NCBI GenBank assembly: GCA_050575255.1
Contig: JBNZDD010013701.1
Span: forward strand, 6,364,084 to 6,428,083
DNA from: Harriotta raleighana
Lineage: Eukaryota
Reading direction: 5' to 3'
DNA length: 64,000 nucleotides
A program made the translations under genes and the position numbers. Below are positions 12,857-24,743 of this stretch, piece by piece; position 1 is the first letter of the stretch; each line of letters starts with the position of its first letter. The notes below the pieces were generated by a model. The model was given only the letters and a program-made list of their open reading frames with translations. It did no database searches and had not been told where the DNA came from.

Positions 12857-12986
12857 AGTTCTGACAAAGGGTCGTGGACCTGAAACGTTGACTCACTTTC
12901 CTTTCTCCATGGATGCTGCCTGACCTGCTGAGTTTCCCCAGCAACTTCTGTGTTTGTTTCAGATTCCCAGCATCTGTAGTATTTTG
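12857..12986 (+). mobile_element. Penelope-like element terminal-repeat remnant
   Basis: ctgacaaagggtcgtggacctgaaacgttgact...gatgctgcctgacctgctgagtttccccagc...agattcccagcatctg, recognised from memory as the abundant chondrichthyan Penelope-type repeat. Confidence 0.65.
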
Positions 12987-13129
12987 TGTCTTGGGCAAGT
13001 AAATGGTACAGACACAATGGACCAAAAAGGCATCTGTACTGTCAATTTCTATGTTCTTATCTCTATGTGCGTCTCAGCTACGCTTTGGATAAGATTTTGA
13101 ATCTGCAGGTTCAAGTGAACAATAGCCGT

Positions 13130-13300
13130 TGCGCTACTCAGAAGAGGAAGAAGGGGAGTTTCTTCCAGTGTCCTGGCCAACAATCGCCCAAGATAAAATT
13201 GTTCATTCACTACATGGCTGAGTTGGAATCCTGCTGAGTGCAAATTGGCTGCTGCATTCACCCACCAGACACACTACAGTAGATTCCCAAAGCCAGTTCA
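13130..13300 (+). mobile_element. older Deu-core SINE relic
   Basis: ggggagtttcttccagtgtcctggccaac...gtgcaaattggctgctgcatt resembles the Deu domain. Confidence 0.5.
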
Positions 13301-13418
13301 TAGGTAAGGTATTGTATCCCTGGCTAAATTTGCCCTGTCTTGGGTTCAGCAACAAACTGGAGAAAGAACAATAACAATAATAATTCTAAAACAGATAAAA
13401 TGTGGAGTTGCTTAGATA

Positions 13419-13697
13419 AGTAGTTAGAGGATTTGCAAGCGAGACCTGGGTTCAATTCCAACCAGGATGAAATCTCGGACAAGTTTCCTTACTCCAACAT
13501 GCCTGATAATAATCTTGAAGTAAAACAATAATAAATTGGTCACTTCAATCCACGACTGTTTATGGGACACTGTTGCGTGCAATTGGCTGCTGCGTTTCGC
13601 CCAAAAATATACAGTCAATTAAATTTACAGTATATTCTGTGAAACTCTTTGAGACGTCCAGAAGTTGTGAAATATCAAATGCAAGCATTATTTATTT
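13419..13697 (+). mobile_element. near full-length tRNA-derived SINE
   Basis: B box gggttcaattcc, body and tail as at 3489-3809. Confidence 0.8.
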
Positions 13698-13889
13698 ATA
13701 AAATCATTAGAGAAATACAGCCATTAATCCACCAAGCTTCTTTAATACTACCAGTATCAGGGATTGTGGTGAATTAGATTTGTTTTACGTGTCCCCAGAT
13801 TTGGTTTATAAATTATGGTCACCTTACTTTACTGTTTATCCTTACTGTAAATCACTTTGTGATATCCTCCTAATGTGAAAGGTGCTTTA

Positions 13890-14310
13890 CCAACAATAGC
13901 AATAAAAGTTGCATTTATATAGCACTTTTCACATGGGGAAGTTGTCCCAAGGTGATGAATAGTGAAGCGCCCCAAATCAAGAGGAGTGAAAGACAAGGAA
14001 TGGACTTGGGAGGATGACCTAATGCACGATCAAAATTGAAGATCTCGAGGTAGACTTTAAAGGAGGCGAGAGAGGAAGCGAGATGGAGGGGGTCCAGAGT
14101 GGAGTTCCAGATGTTGGGGACAGAAAGGCTGAAGGGCCAACCAGCAATGGTGGAGTGAGCAGGGTGGGGGACAAGCAGTGAGTGCCGAATGGAGGGGGTG
14201 GACAGGTTGGTAATGTTTTAGTAACTGGCAGAGGGAGGGAGAATGAAGACTGTGGAGGGCTTTAAAATGAGGGATGGGGAGTAAGTGAAGCCGGGCGAGA
14301 ATGGCAGTGA
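13890..14310 (-). mobile_element. L2 LINE 3' fragment
   Basis: gcatttatatagcacttttcac tail followed by purine-rich L2 sequence. Confidence 0.6.
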
Positions 14311-14344
14311 TCAGTTCCCGGAGTTTATAATCCCTCCAAACAAA

Positions 14345-14500
14345 AATAATAAACCAGTTGTTTCAATCCAGGGCTGCTGTGCGCAATTGGCTGCTGCGTT
14401 TCACCCACAAATAGACAGTCAATTCACTTTACAGTATATTCTGTGAAGCGCTTTGAGACGTCTGGAAGACGTGAAAAATGCTATACAGTAATAATAATAT
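14345..14500 (+). mobile_element. SINE 3' fragment
   Basis: family core and tail. Confidence 0.8.
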
Positions 14501-14535
14501 TACTGGGGTGTTGCTGTGGGTGAAGATGAAGTTGT

Positions 14536-14553
14536 CGCGGTGTATGCTGGGAT
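14536..14553 (-). promoter_or_regulatory. ZNF143/Staf-binding-site-like motif, putative SNRPD1 promoter
   Basis: reverse complement ATCCCAGCATACACCGCG resembles the SBS consensus TTCCCAGCATGCACCGCG; at the edge of a GC/CpG-rich zone. Confidence 0.55.
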
Positions 14554-14581
14554 GTGCTGGTGGGAGGAGTCCAGCTGCTGG

Positions 14582-14591
14582 TGATTGACAG
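14582..14591 (+). promoter_or_regulatory. PBX/PREP(PKNOX1) decamer TGATTGACAG
   Basis: exact TGATTGACAG about 30 bp from the ZNF143-like site; typical of housekeeping promoters. Confidence 0.5.
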
Positions 14592-14628
14592 CTCGCCCTC
14601 CTGTGGGAGGGGGGGGGGGGGGGGGGGG

Positions 14629-14909
14629 NNNNNNNNNNNNNNNNNNNNNNNNNNNNNNNNNNNNNNNNNNNNNNNNNNNNNNNNNNNNNNNNNNNNNNNN
14701 NNNNNNNNNNNNNNNNNNNNNNNNNNNNNNNNNNNNNNNNNNNNNNNNNNNNNNNNNNNNNNNNNNNNNNNNNNNNNNNNNNNNNNNNNNNNNNNNNNNN
14801 NNNNNNNNNNNNNNNNNNNNNNNNNNNNNNNNNNNNNNNNNNNNNNNNNNNNNNNNNNNNNNNNNNNNNNNNNNNNNNNNNNNNNNNNNNNNNNNNNNNN
14901 NNNNNNNNN
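14629..14909. other. assembly gap (N), flanked by poly-G; other gaps at 6947-7109 and 56963-57108
   Basis: run of N. Confidence 1.
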
Positions 14910-15250
14910 GGGGGGGGGGGGGGGCAGCCCCGGGGGAGCAGGGCGGCGGCCCCGGCTCTGGGTGTTACAGAGAAGCGGCAGGTCCAGGCGATCACTGGGA
15001 GGGAACGCGGTCAGGCCTCAGCACAAGGCCCTGCACAGGCCTCGGCCCTGTCCCCGCGCTCCCCCCCCACCCCCCTCCCCGCTCTCTCCCGTCCCCCCCC
15101 CCTCCCCGCTCTCTCCCGTCCCCCCCCTCCCCGCTCTCTCCCGTCCCCCCCCCCTCTCCGCTCTCTCACTCCCCCCGCTACCCCTCTCCTCTCGCTCCCC
15201 CCTTCCCAGTCTGCCCGCCCCCCCCACCCGTTCTCCCCCCTCCCCTCAGG
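14910..15250. promoter_or_regulatory. GC/CpG-rich segment, probably the start of SNRPD1 intron 1, with a C-rich low-complexity repeat
   Basis: locally CpG-dense, in contrast to the AT-rich window; repeats of ccccctccccgctctctcccgt at about 15060-15170. Confidence 0.55.
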
Positions 15251-15339
15251 TGAGACCATGTCAGGGTGGGACTGGGGGCTGTGTGTGTGTGTGTGTTGGG
15301 GAGGGGGAGGAACTGGGTGCATCTGTGAGTGTGGAGGGC

Positions 15340-16170
15340 CTGTGTGTGGGTAGTGTGTGTGCTGGAGGGCTGTGTGTGTTTGTGGGGGGGCTGAGTGTGG
15401 GTGGTGTGTATTTGTGGGGGTGCTGTGTATGGGTGGGGGTCTGAGTATGTGAGGTGTGTGTTTGTGGGGGTGCTGTGTATGGGAGGTGTGTGTTTGTGGG
15501 GGGGCTATGTGGGTGGTGTGTGTTTGTGGGGGGCTGTGTATGGGAGGTGTGTGTTTGTGGGGGGGGCTGTGTGTGGGTGGTGTGTGTTTGTGGGGGGTGT
15601 TGTATTGGGTGGTGTGTGTTTGTGGGTGGGCTATGTGGGTGGTGTGTGTTTGTGGGGGGCTGTGTATGGGAGGTGTGTGTTTGTGGGGGTGCTGTGTATG
15701 GGAGGTGTGTGTGGGGGGGCTGAGTGTGTGTTTGTGGGGGTGCTGTATATGGGTGGGGGTCTGTGTATGGGAGGTGTGTGTTTGTGGGGGTGCTGTGTAT
15801 GGGAGGTGTGTGTTTGTGGGGGTGCTGTGTATGGGAGGTGTGTGTTTGTGGGGGTGCTGTGTATGGGAGGTGTGTGTTTGTGGGGGTGCTGTGTATGGGA
15901 GGTGTGTGTTTGTGGGGGTGCTGTGTATGGGAGGTGTGTGTTTGTGGGGGTGCTGTGTATGGGAGGTGTGTGTTTGTGGGGGTGCTGTGTATGGGAGGTG
16001 TGTGTTTGTGGGGGTGCTGTGTATGGGAGGTGTGTGTTTGTGGGGGTGCTGTGTATGGGAGGTGTGTGTTTGTGGGGGTGCTGTGTATGGGAGGTGTGTG
16101 TTTGTGGGGGTGCTGTGTATGGGAGGTGTGTGTGTGTGGGGGGGCTGTGTGTGGGTGGTGTGTGTTTGTG
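15340..16170. repeat. 32-bp G/T-rich minisatellite (gggaggtgtgtgtttgtgggggtgctgtgtat)n
   Basis: exact period of 32 from about 15761 to 16130 (about 11 perfect units), degenerate units upstream. Confidence 0.95.
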
Positions 16171-16927
16171 GAGGTCACCTAGGCAGAGTTCCAGTGGTAC
16201 CTGTAGGCCATCACATACTGAATGAGCAGTTGAGCAGGGCTGGTGGTGGCTGGAAGGGGAAGTGAGAAAAACAATCCAGTTTCAGTTGTATCAGATAAAT
16301 ATTTGAAGATGAGCTAGTGAGGGTTAGGATGGTCTGGATTGAGATTGGATTAAATCTCCCATCAGAGGAATTGGAACCATTTTAAGATGAATGGGCCAAA
16401 TGGCCCTTTTCTTTGCTGTAAAGTTACGGTTGAGTGAATGAATGACCAACGTTTCGTCACATATTCCATAAAATATGTGGCTTTGCTTCTATTGCTCTGC
16501 CACAACAACAACAAAATTACACTTATTTAGCATCTTTCATGTCAGGAGAACATCCCAAGGCGCTGGACATTCACTGCGTCAGACCCGAGCTGGGGATGGG
16601 ATGGGAAGGGAAAGGTGGAGATTAGGAGTTGCCAATGGGACCATTGAAGAGGAGAGTTTTCCCGCTAAGGTTTCAGGCAATATACTCTCTATTCCTCTGG
16701 AGCTGTACCCCAATCCCTCTATTTGACCCCTGTGGCTCTGTGCAGATTGTACTTGAAGACCATGTCTACAGTCACCTGTTTTCTCCATAGCTCGGTGTCA
16801 AACTACACCATTGTTAATTGGTCTTAGATACGTGAACAACAGCTAGTGATTATATATTATGGTGGCCTTCATATGGGGTAGTGTCCAGGAGTACTTAACT
16901 CCTCGTGCAGCCACACTCCGTGTGTGA

Positions 16928-17102
16928 TTAATAACAATCCTTGCATTTGATATAGCTTTTCATGTCTTCTATAAGTCTCAAAGACCTGCACAGAATAGAC
17001 TGTAATGTGAATTGACTGCATATTTGTGGGCGAAATGTGACAGCCAATTCTGCACAGAGTGTCCCACAAACAGTCATGGATTGAAATGACCAATTTATTA
17101 TT
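16928..17102 (-). mobile_element. SINE 3' half, cut off by the CR1 insertion
   Basis: family tail and core ending at the CR1 3' terminus. Confidence 0.8.
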
Positions 17103-19385
17103 ACATAAGAATTAGGAGCAGGAGTAGGGCATTCGGCCATTCGAGTCTGCCCCACCATTCAATAAGATGGCTGATCTTCTGACCTAACTAATTACCTGCC
17201 CTATCCACATATCCCCTAAACCTTCTATTTTTTTAAATAATCAGTCTCAGCCTTGAAAATGTTTCAGGACTGAGCATCTACAGCCTTCTGGGGTAGTGCG
17301 TTCCATAAATTCACTACCCTCTTGAGTGAAGAAATGTTTCCTCAACTTTTCTAAAAGGCTGACCCTTAATTTTAAGACTGTACCCCTGGTTACAGATTCT
17401 CCTACCAGGGGAAACAGTCGCTCAGTATCTATTTTATCCAGCCCTTTAAGAACCTTATATGTTTCAATAAGGTGCCCCCTAATTCTTCTGTACTCTAGAG
17501 AATACAGCCCTAGTTTATTCAACCTATCCTCATAGGTCAGTCCCCTCATCCCAGGAACTAACCTAGTGAATCTACGCTGCACCCCCTCTAAGGCAAGGAT
17601 GTCCTTTTTTAAATAAGGAAACCAAAACTGCACACAATACGCTAGGTACGGTCTCACCAAAGCCCTATACAGTTGCAGCAAGACTTCCCTACTCTTGTAC
17701 TCTAAACCTTTTGAAATGAACACTAGAATGCCATTCGCTTTCTTAGTTGCTTGCTGCACCTGCAAACTAACTTTTTGATACTGGTGTACAAGGATACCCA
17801 AATCCCTTTGAATATTAACAATATCTAACCTCTTCCCCTCTAGAAAATAATCTATTCTTTTATTTTTGCTACCTAGGTGAATAATTTCACACTTGCCAAC
17901 ATTAAATTCCATCTGCCACCTACTTGCCCACTCCCCTAGCCTATCTATATCTTGATCCAATCTTTTTGCATCATCCTCAGAGCTCATTCTCCAACCTAGT
18001 TTAGTGTCATCCGCGAATTTAGACACATTACATTCAATATCCTCATCCAGATCATTGATTTAAATAGTAAATGGCTGAGGCCCAAGCACTGATCCTTGTG
18101 GCACTCCACTAGTTACAATTCTGCCAATTCGAGAATGACCCGTTTATCCCTATTCTGTTTTCTATCCGTTAGCCACTCTTCTATCCATGTTAATATGTTT
18201 CCATTAATCCTGTGGGCCTTAATCTTGAGTAACAGCCTTTTGTGTGGCACTTTATCAAATGCCTTCTTAAAATCTAAATATACCATATCTACTGGTTTCC
18301 CCCCCCCCCCCCATCCAACCAGCTGGATACATCCTCAAAAAGATCTAAAAGATTAGTCAAGCATGACTTCCCTTTTGCAAAGCCACGTTGACTGCCTAAT
18401 CTTTTTATGGTTTTCCAGGTATCCCATAACAACGTCTTTAATTAAGGACTCGGAAGAATTTTCCCTCCCACTGAAGTCAGACTAACTGGTCTATCGTTTC
18501 CCATATTTTCTCTCCCACCCTTCTTAAATAGTGGAGTTAGGTTTGCAATCTTCCAATCAATGGGGATTTTTCCAGTATCCAGTGAAATTTGGAAGATTAT
18601 AGACAAGCCATCCACTATCTCAGTAGCCACCTCCTTTAAAACTAGGATACAGGCCATCCAGTCCAGGGATATATCGGTTTTAAGACCCGACCATTTACCT
18701 AAAACCATTTCTTTACTAATATCAATCTCCCAAAATTGCTGGCTAACATTGTCTTCTTGGTTCCCCTCTATTTTTGGTGTGTTTCCAGTGTCTTCTACAA
18801 TGAAGACTATAGAAAAATACTTGTTTAATGACTCTACCATGTCTTTGTCCCCTATTATAATTTCCCCGGTCTGTACCTGTAATTCACTCTTGATAGCCTT
18901 TTCCTCTTTATATATTTATAAAAACTCTTGCAGTCTGTTTTTATGTTCTTTGCTAATTTGCCCTCATTTTCTATTTTCTCCCTCTTGATCAATTTTTTGG
19001 TTCTCCTTTGTTATTCCCTAAAGTTCTCCCTATCCTTGGGTTTACTACTCATCTTGGCTGTTTTATAGGCTTCTTCTTTTGACTTGATACTTTCCCTAAC
19101 TGCTCTAGTTAGCCATGGCTGGACTACCTTTCCCTTGGCAATCATATTCCTCAAAGGAATATGTGCTCGCTGGGAATTTTGCATTATCTCCTTGAATGTC
19201 TGTCATTGCTGGTCTTCTGTCAAATCTTTAAATCTAATTTCCCAGTTTATTCTGTCTAAATCCTCTCTCATACCAGCAAAGTTGGCTCTATTTAAATTGA
19301 AGACCTTTGCTTCGGACTTAACTATTTTCCTCTCTAACTTAATGCTAAATTCCATCATATTATGATCGCTTTGCCCTAAGAGGAG
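17103..19385 (-). mobile_element. 5'-truncated CR1 LINE (ORF2 fragments, frameshifted and internally deleted)
   Basis: KFADDTKLG, WQMEFNVGKC, LVRPYLAYCVQFW, RPVSLTSV motifs; 3' UTR ending cctgctcctaattcttatgt. Confidence 0.93.
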
Positions 19386-19797
19386 CTGTAAGTTCCAATT
19401 TTTTTTGAGGAATATATAGGGATATATAAAATATATTTTGAGGGATTATGCTATACACCCTATAATAATAGGGTAAATGCAAATTGTTTTGCCGACACAT
19501 GGGTCTTTACCAGAACCTAAATAGGTTTTTTGTGCTTAAAAGTGACTTTTGTATGTTAAAAGTCAAGCATACTAGTGGGTGTTTTTGTGGCTCTTCATGG
19601 AACAGTTTTAACCTTTCTTTTACTAATTATGTTTCTAAGGATGCCCTCTTATACCTCATCTGTACTATCTAGACCCAAACAGTGAACAGTTAGTGGGATA
19701 CATTATAGATAAACCTTATTCTATCCTTCCATATAAAACGCCTTTACTTCAACAGTAAAAGTCTGTCATATATTATATTTTGTTGAAAAGTACAATA

Positions 19798-20604
19798 CAG
19801 TAGAACCCTGTTTATCCGGTACCCACGGGACCAGGCCAATGGCGGTTAAACTGTTTTTCCGGTTGAATGGATCTATATTTTTTTAAAAGCAAAATATATA
19901 TTTTTTAAATTTAAAATTCTTTTAACAAATACCATATTAATAATGGACTAGATAATAACAGAATATTCTATTAGTACGTTATTATTTATACTTAACTTCG
20001 CAATCGCAGCACTGATTCAACGGGAGGTAAAAAACGCGACTTTAAAAAACGAGTTTAGCCCTAATGGCCAGCACACACTCACACAGACAGACACAGACCC
20101 TCAAAGATATTCAGTCTAAATCCATCATATAAATTCTGTCCAAAATCCTCACCCCCCCCACCCCGTCCCTTTCCTCTTTCTCCCTTCCCCTCTCTCTCTG
20201 CATCAACCTACCTGCCATTTCTCTCTCTCACTCCATTATGCTTTCCCCTATCTCTCTCTCCCTTTCCCCCCTCTCTCATTCCTCCCCGCTCTCTCTCTTT
20301 CTCTGTCTCTCCATCCCCCCTCCACTCCTCTCTCTCGTTCCCCCCCCACAACCTCCCTCCCTTTTTCTCTGGCCGCTACCTGCAGCAGTATTTATTGTGT
20401 ATACAGTACTTAACTTCCCAATGAAAGGCACATCTGAACGAGGTAAAAAAATGCGACTTTTAAAAGGACCCAGAACAAGTTTAGACCCGACATTAAAAGC
20501 GTTTCTGGATAACTTCCGGTTAATCGAATCGGGACTTTTTTTTTGAGATGGCGGTTGAATGGGTTTTCCGATTATTCGAATCGCGGATAAACAGGGTTCT
20601 ACTG
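19798..20604 (+). mobile_element. Tc1/mariner MITE, same family as 6534-7480
   Basis: perfect 21-bp TIR cagtagaaccctgtttatccg with TA TSD. Confidence 0.9.
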
Positions 20605-20609
20605 TACCA

Positions 20610-20870
20610 TATAAAAGCGAGACGACCCAGGTTTGATTCGAGGCATGGCGAAACCTTAGGCGAGTTGTCTTACTCCACATGCCTCAGATTAGCTAGCAGT
20701 AAGTAAGAACATGGTTGTTATTAGTTAATTGGTGGATTGATTTCCATGAGTAATAATCCCTTTAAAAAAATGTTTTAAAAATTGGTCACTCAATCCAATG
20801 TGCGCAATTGGCTGCCATATTTTTCCCAAAAAGCATACAATCCGTGTATTCTGTGAAGTGCTTTGAGATT
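20610..20870 (+). mobile_element. SINE, long-body variant
   Basis: ccaggtttgattcgagg...ttactccacatgcc plus an insert agcagtaagtaagaacatgg, then the tail. Confidence 0.65.
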
Positions 20871-21450
20871 CTCAGTATTGTTAAAATTCAGTTTCTGAGT
20901 TGATATTTGCGAGAATTTGAGAAATATGGTTGTGTTTCAAATCATTAAATCTCTGGAACAGTCCATGGAAAGCATAAGGGGTAACGTAGCAATGGAGCCC
21001 TGAGCTAGCAAGGTTTAGGATGTGTTGATTGGGATTGGGGTTAAAATAAATCTGTTCATCAGAGGAGTTAGAACCATTTCAAGTTTATTGGGCGAAATGT
21101 GGCGTGAATTTGGTTATAATGAGGTTGTAATGTGTTATTATTGCTATTTATTTGGAAGGCTTGGTAACAGGTGATGCTGACTCCTGTATCCATGTTTCAA
21201 CCGCCACTGGCCAGGTCTTAAAAAAATCTTAAAGCAGCTTACTTATGTACCTCCTTTTTTCTACTCTGATTGGTGATCCCAGTGACCATTTTGAGACCAC
21301 TTTGAGACTTTATGCGACAATGAAAAACTACAGATCTATGCAATTTGTATGTTTATTAAACACTAAGTGGTAGAATTCATGGTTTGGAAGCCGGAGGAGA
21401 GAGGGCTTTAGGATTTCCCAGTTGTGATGGATGTGTTTTACTTTGGGCAG

Positions 21451-21527
21451 ATTTTTGATGAAGTTGAGCCATGAAACTGTGACCATCGAGCTGAAGAATG
21501 GAACGCAGGTACATGGAACAATCACAG
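21451..21527 (+). CDS. SNRPD1: Sm D1 exon 2
   Basis: cag|att...cag|gtaaag; [25 protein letters not shown] (Sm1 motif), 77 nt. Confidence 0.97.
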
Positions 21528-22049
21528 GTAAAGAAAGCCTTTGCAAAACCATTTACTGCTCCTTTGGAAATCAATTCAAACTAAGGCTTCATGAAATAAA
21601 TCTATAGCCTGGTATATTGTTTTGGTATTAATGTGAAAGATCCATGATGTGCAGGGCATACAATATTGTATTTTCTTCTTGCCTGTGGTTATCTAGTTTT
21701 TATTAATGTCCCTGGAAAATTAATTATTTTTTGTTTTTTTATTTCTAAAAAAATGCTGTTAACCCAAGCTAAAAATGTAATTTCAAGGTGCCAACACATG
21801 CTATTATTGAATGTTAATAAGTGCCTTGTACAGAATGGGCTGTTTCATCCTGATATATCAGTACAGATATCAGTTCACTAAGAGAAGCTATAGTCTTAGC
21901 TGTCTCCTGCCACATGGTTGAATTGGATTTATATCACCAGAAGTAGATAATAATGAAAATGGTGGTCCTGTTGGCATGTCACAATCCGATTCTTCTTGCT
22001 CGGATGGCCACACAACAGCTGTGACTCGTGTACTGAGTTTTATTGATAA

Positions 22050-22215
22050 ATAATAATAATCCTTGCAGTTTTCATGCCTTCTGGACGTCTCAAAGTGCAT
22101 CATGAATATTCTGTAAAGTGAATTGACTGTATTTGTGGGCGAAACATGGCAGCCAATTGCACAGAGGTGTCCCACAAACAGCCATGGATTGAAGTGACTA
22201 ATTTTTTATTATTGT
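22050..22215 (-). mobile_element. SINE 3' fragment
   Basis: family tail and core. Confidence 0.8.
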
Positions 22216-22961
22216 TTTTGTTTTAATTCTTCTGTTTGGTCAGCTGGGTATATTATGCTGATACATGTGGAAACACTGCCATGCTTACAAGTATCTAAGA
22301 CAGATCAACAGGACCTTCAGTATCACAAACCCACCAGACGTGGGAATTGTCCCATTGATAATGCCCTAAGAGTATATTGAGTCATGGATGATACAGGTCA
22401 GAAACAGGCCATTTGGCCCATCTGGCTGGTGCTTATACTCCACATAACTTTCCATCCTAGTTCATCCTTAGTTCATATTCTGGCCCTTTCCCTGTGTCCC
22501 TCAATTATGTGTCCAGTCTTTTTTTAATGTTCACCTAGTTGCCACCCCAACGATTGAGTGTGGCAGAGACTTCCAGACTTCCATTCACACCATCTGTGGA
22601 AAAAGTTCCTCCTGATCTCCGTTCTGGACCCCCTTTGTTATGTCTGGGGAGCATGTGAAGAGATCCTGCTTCCCTCCTTCTACCACTCGTTCCCAGAGGA
22701 TTTTACAGGTTGCTTATACGACATTAGAGACATGTAGTTAAGTAGATAGAAAAAGTACAAGGCAAGCTGCGGCACAATACAAATCAACATGACATTTCAA
22801 TTTCACGTTGATGAAGAATGAAAAGCTTAATCCTGTGATCTTTTCATTTGGCAATCAGATAGGATGTAGAAATTGGGTGCTGCAATGATTCTCCAGTTTG
22901 CAAAACCTTTCTGTATACAGAGGACATCTTACTAATTATTTTTGCTCATCTCTTACTCTAG

Positions 22962-23153
22962 GTGTGGATGTCAGTATGAATACTCACCTGAAAGCAGTGA
23001 AAATGACATTAAAGAACAGAGAACCTGTACAGTTAGAGACTTTGAGTATTCGAGGGAACAACATTCGGTATTTTGTTCTCCCAGACAGTTTACCATTGGA
23101 CACCCTGTTAGTTGATGTTGAACCTAAAGTCAAGTCAAAAAAGAGAGAAGCAG
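22962..23153 (+). CDS. SNRPD1: Sm D1 exon 3
   Basis: tag|gt...gcag|gtaat; [63 protein letters not shown]. Confidence 0.97.
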
Positions 23154-23849
23154 GTAATTTTTTNTTCTCAGCCCCCCCCTCTTCTGAAACTGCAGAGTCT
23201 TGCTAGGGTAGCCATTACACTGACATCTCTTGGTGCTTCCCCAAGTGACCATTCTTCATATAGAGTATTGGCTTCATATAGTGTATTGACAGACTCTGAC
23301 CCTGGTGAGTGCTAAACCTAACTTAATTCTTTTTTCACTTGATATATCTGCATAAGCAGTCTTCAGCAATAACGAACAGAAACCTTGGCCCATTTTCCCT
23401 ACCCATTGTGTAGCTTTCATACAGTTGGGATTTGGAAAATTCACAGTGTGAGTTGCCTCAAGTTTATACGTGCCTGAAGATTCCTTCAGTTGGGCAGCAG
23501 AAAAGAAGCTGTATTCTCTGTGTACTCACATATACAGTACCACAGTATTGCAAATTTTATTTAAACTAAGTTGTTTTGTTTCAACTAGAATGTTTATTTA
23601 ATTTGCTTTTAAACTTACCAATGTCTTAATAGTCAGGTTCCCTGAATCAGGCAGATCCACAGTACTCTATGGCACTGTTAAATACACCTGGCTCATTGGC
23701 AGGCTGTGTGATTACTCCACTTTGTTAAAGATATTTGATTTCAGCATCCAACCTTCCAGTAAATCTCCTACTGGTAATTGTAATGATGGTCCAGAATTTG
23801 TAAAGTAAACTAATAACTTGATCCTGGCTTAATTTGTCACTACTACAAG

Positions 23850-24385
23850 CACAACAACTTGCATTTATATAGCGCCCTCCATGCCAGACGGTGTCTCAGA
23901 ATGCTTCACAATAGCGGAGCCCGGGTCCGACGCAGGGGGAGGGGGAAGGTGATCGTAGGCGTGGTCGAACATAAAGGTCTTGAGGCGCGGGCTGCAAATG
24001 GAAAAGTGTGTGTAAAGCAAAGGGAGTTCCAGAGTTTCGGGGCATGGTGGTTGAAAGCAAGGCTGCCAACGGTGGAGTGGAGGATTCAGGAGATGAGTAG
24101 AATAGACCCAATAGAGCGGATGCAGTGGGTACTGCTGTGAAGCGAGGTAGAGAGGTGCAGAGGAGTGGAGGGATATAAATACAAGAGTGAGGATCTTGAA
24201 AGGACTGGGGTAATCAGGAAGCAAAGTTTGGTTTGGGTGAGAATGTGGGCGGTGGAGTTCTGTATAAGCTAAAGTTTATGAATGGTGTCGGAGGGGAGGA
24301 GGACATTAGAGTAGTCCAGACGAGAGGGGACAAAGGCACGGACCAAGGTTTCGGCAGCTTTGGGGGTGAGATATTGGCAGAGGTG
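23850..24385 (-). mobile_element. L2 LINE 3' fragment
   Basis: FKILTLVF.SLH..AP.YL in a minus-strand frame; (ttg)n tail. Confidence 0.75.
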
Positions 24386-24562
24386 GGCCAATGTGGGCAC
24401 TACCACTTATCTGATGTTAATAACCTGGCTGCATTTATTTTTGTATTTATACATATGCCTAACTCACCATTCCTGAAAACATGTCACTGAGCCTCTTACC
24501 TTGGAACGAGTGGCGAGTTACCAGGAGTTTACTGTAATAGATTTTTCTTGTTTCTTCACTAG

Positions 24563-24639
24563 TTGCAGGGAGAGGCAGAGGGAGAGGTCGGGGACGAGGC
24601 CGAGGTCGTGGAAGAGGCCGAGGAGGACCAAGACGATAG
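24563..24639 (+). CDS. SNRPD1: Sm D1 terminal exon, GR-repeat tail
   Basis: tag|tt gca; VA(GR)9GGPRR*, TAG ends at 24639. Confidence 0.97.
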
Positions 24640-24737
24640 TGTACCAGATCTTCTTTGTGGACACTATTGTAGAGACCAGTTGAGATTTGTATGCGTTTTG
24701 TTTGCTAAAGAAGAATTTTGCATCCATGTTTGTTTTT

Positions 24738-24743
24738 AATAAA
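24738..24743 (+). promoter_or_regulatory. SNRPD1 polyadenylation signal
   Basis: AATAAA about 100 nt after the stop codon, followed by GU/U-rich sequence. Confidence 0.7.

Noticed and set aside
14526-14545. ATG AAG TTG TCG CG|gtgtat as SNRPD1 exon 1
   Set aside because: It would give MKLSR instead of the highly conserved MKLVR, the donor is weak, and it overlaps the ZNF143-like site. Not fully excluded without cDNA.
14429-15444. long ORFs spanning N runs (also 6904-7316)
   Set aside because: Artefacts of assembly gaps and low-complexity sequence.
15761-16130. 32-bp periodic repeat as a CRISPR array
   Set aside because: No spacers, no cas genes, vertebrate context.
15261-16265. long ORFs of 150-305 aa rich in H/T/P or V/C/G
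   Set aside because: Translations of the 32-bp minisatellite, open in most frames because the unit lacks stop codons.
16309-16327. ATGAGCTAGTGAG, resembling SNRPD1 exon 1 (ATG AAG CTN GTG AG)
   Set aside because: It is one base short (giving an immediate TAG), has no GT donor at the right position, and belongs to a repeat relic that recurs at about 21001-21100.
17247-18026. 259-aa reverse-transcriptase-like ORF (also 56695-57381) as a host gene
   Set aside because: Fragments of truncated, frameshifted CR1 ORF2.
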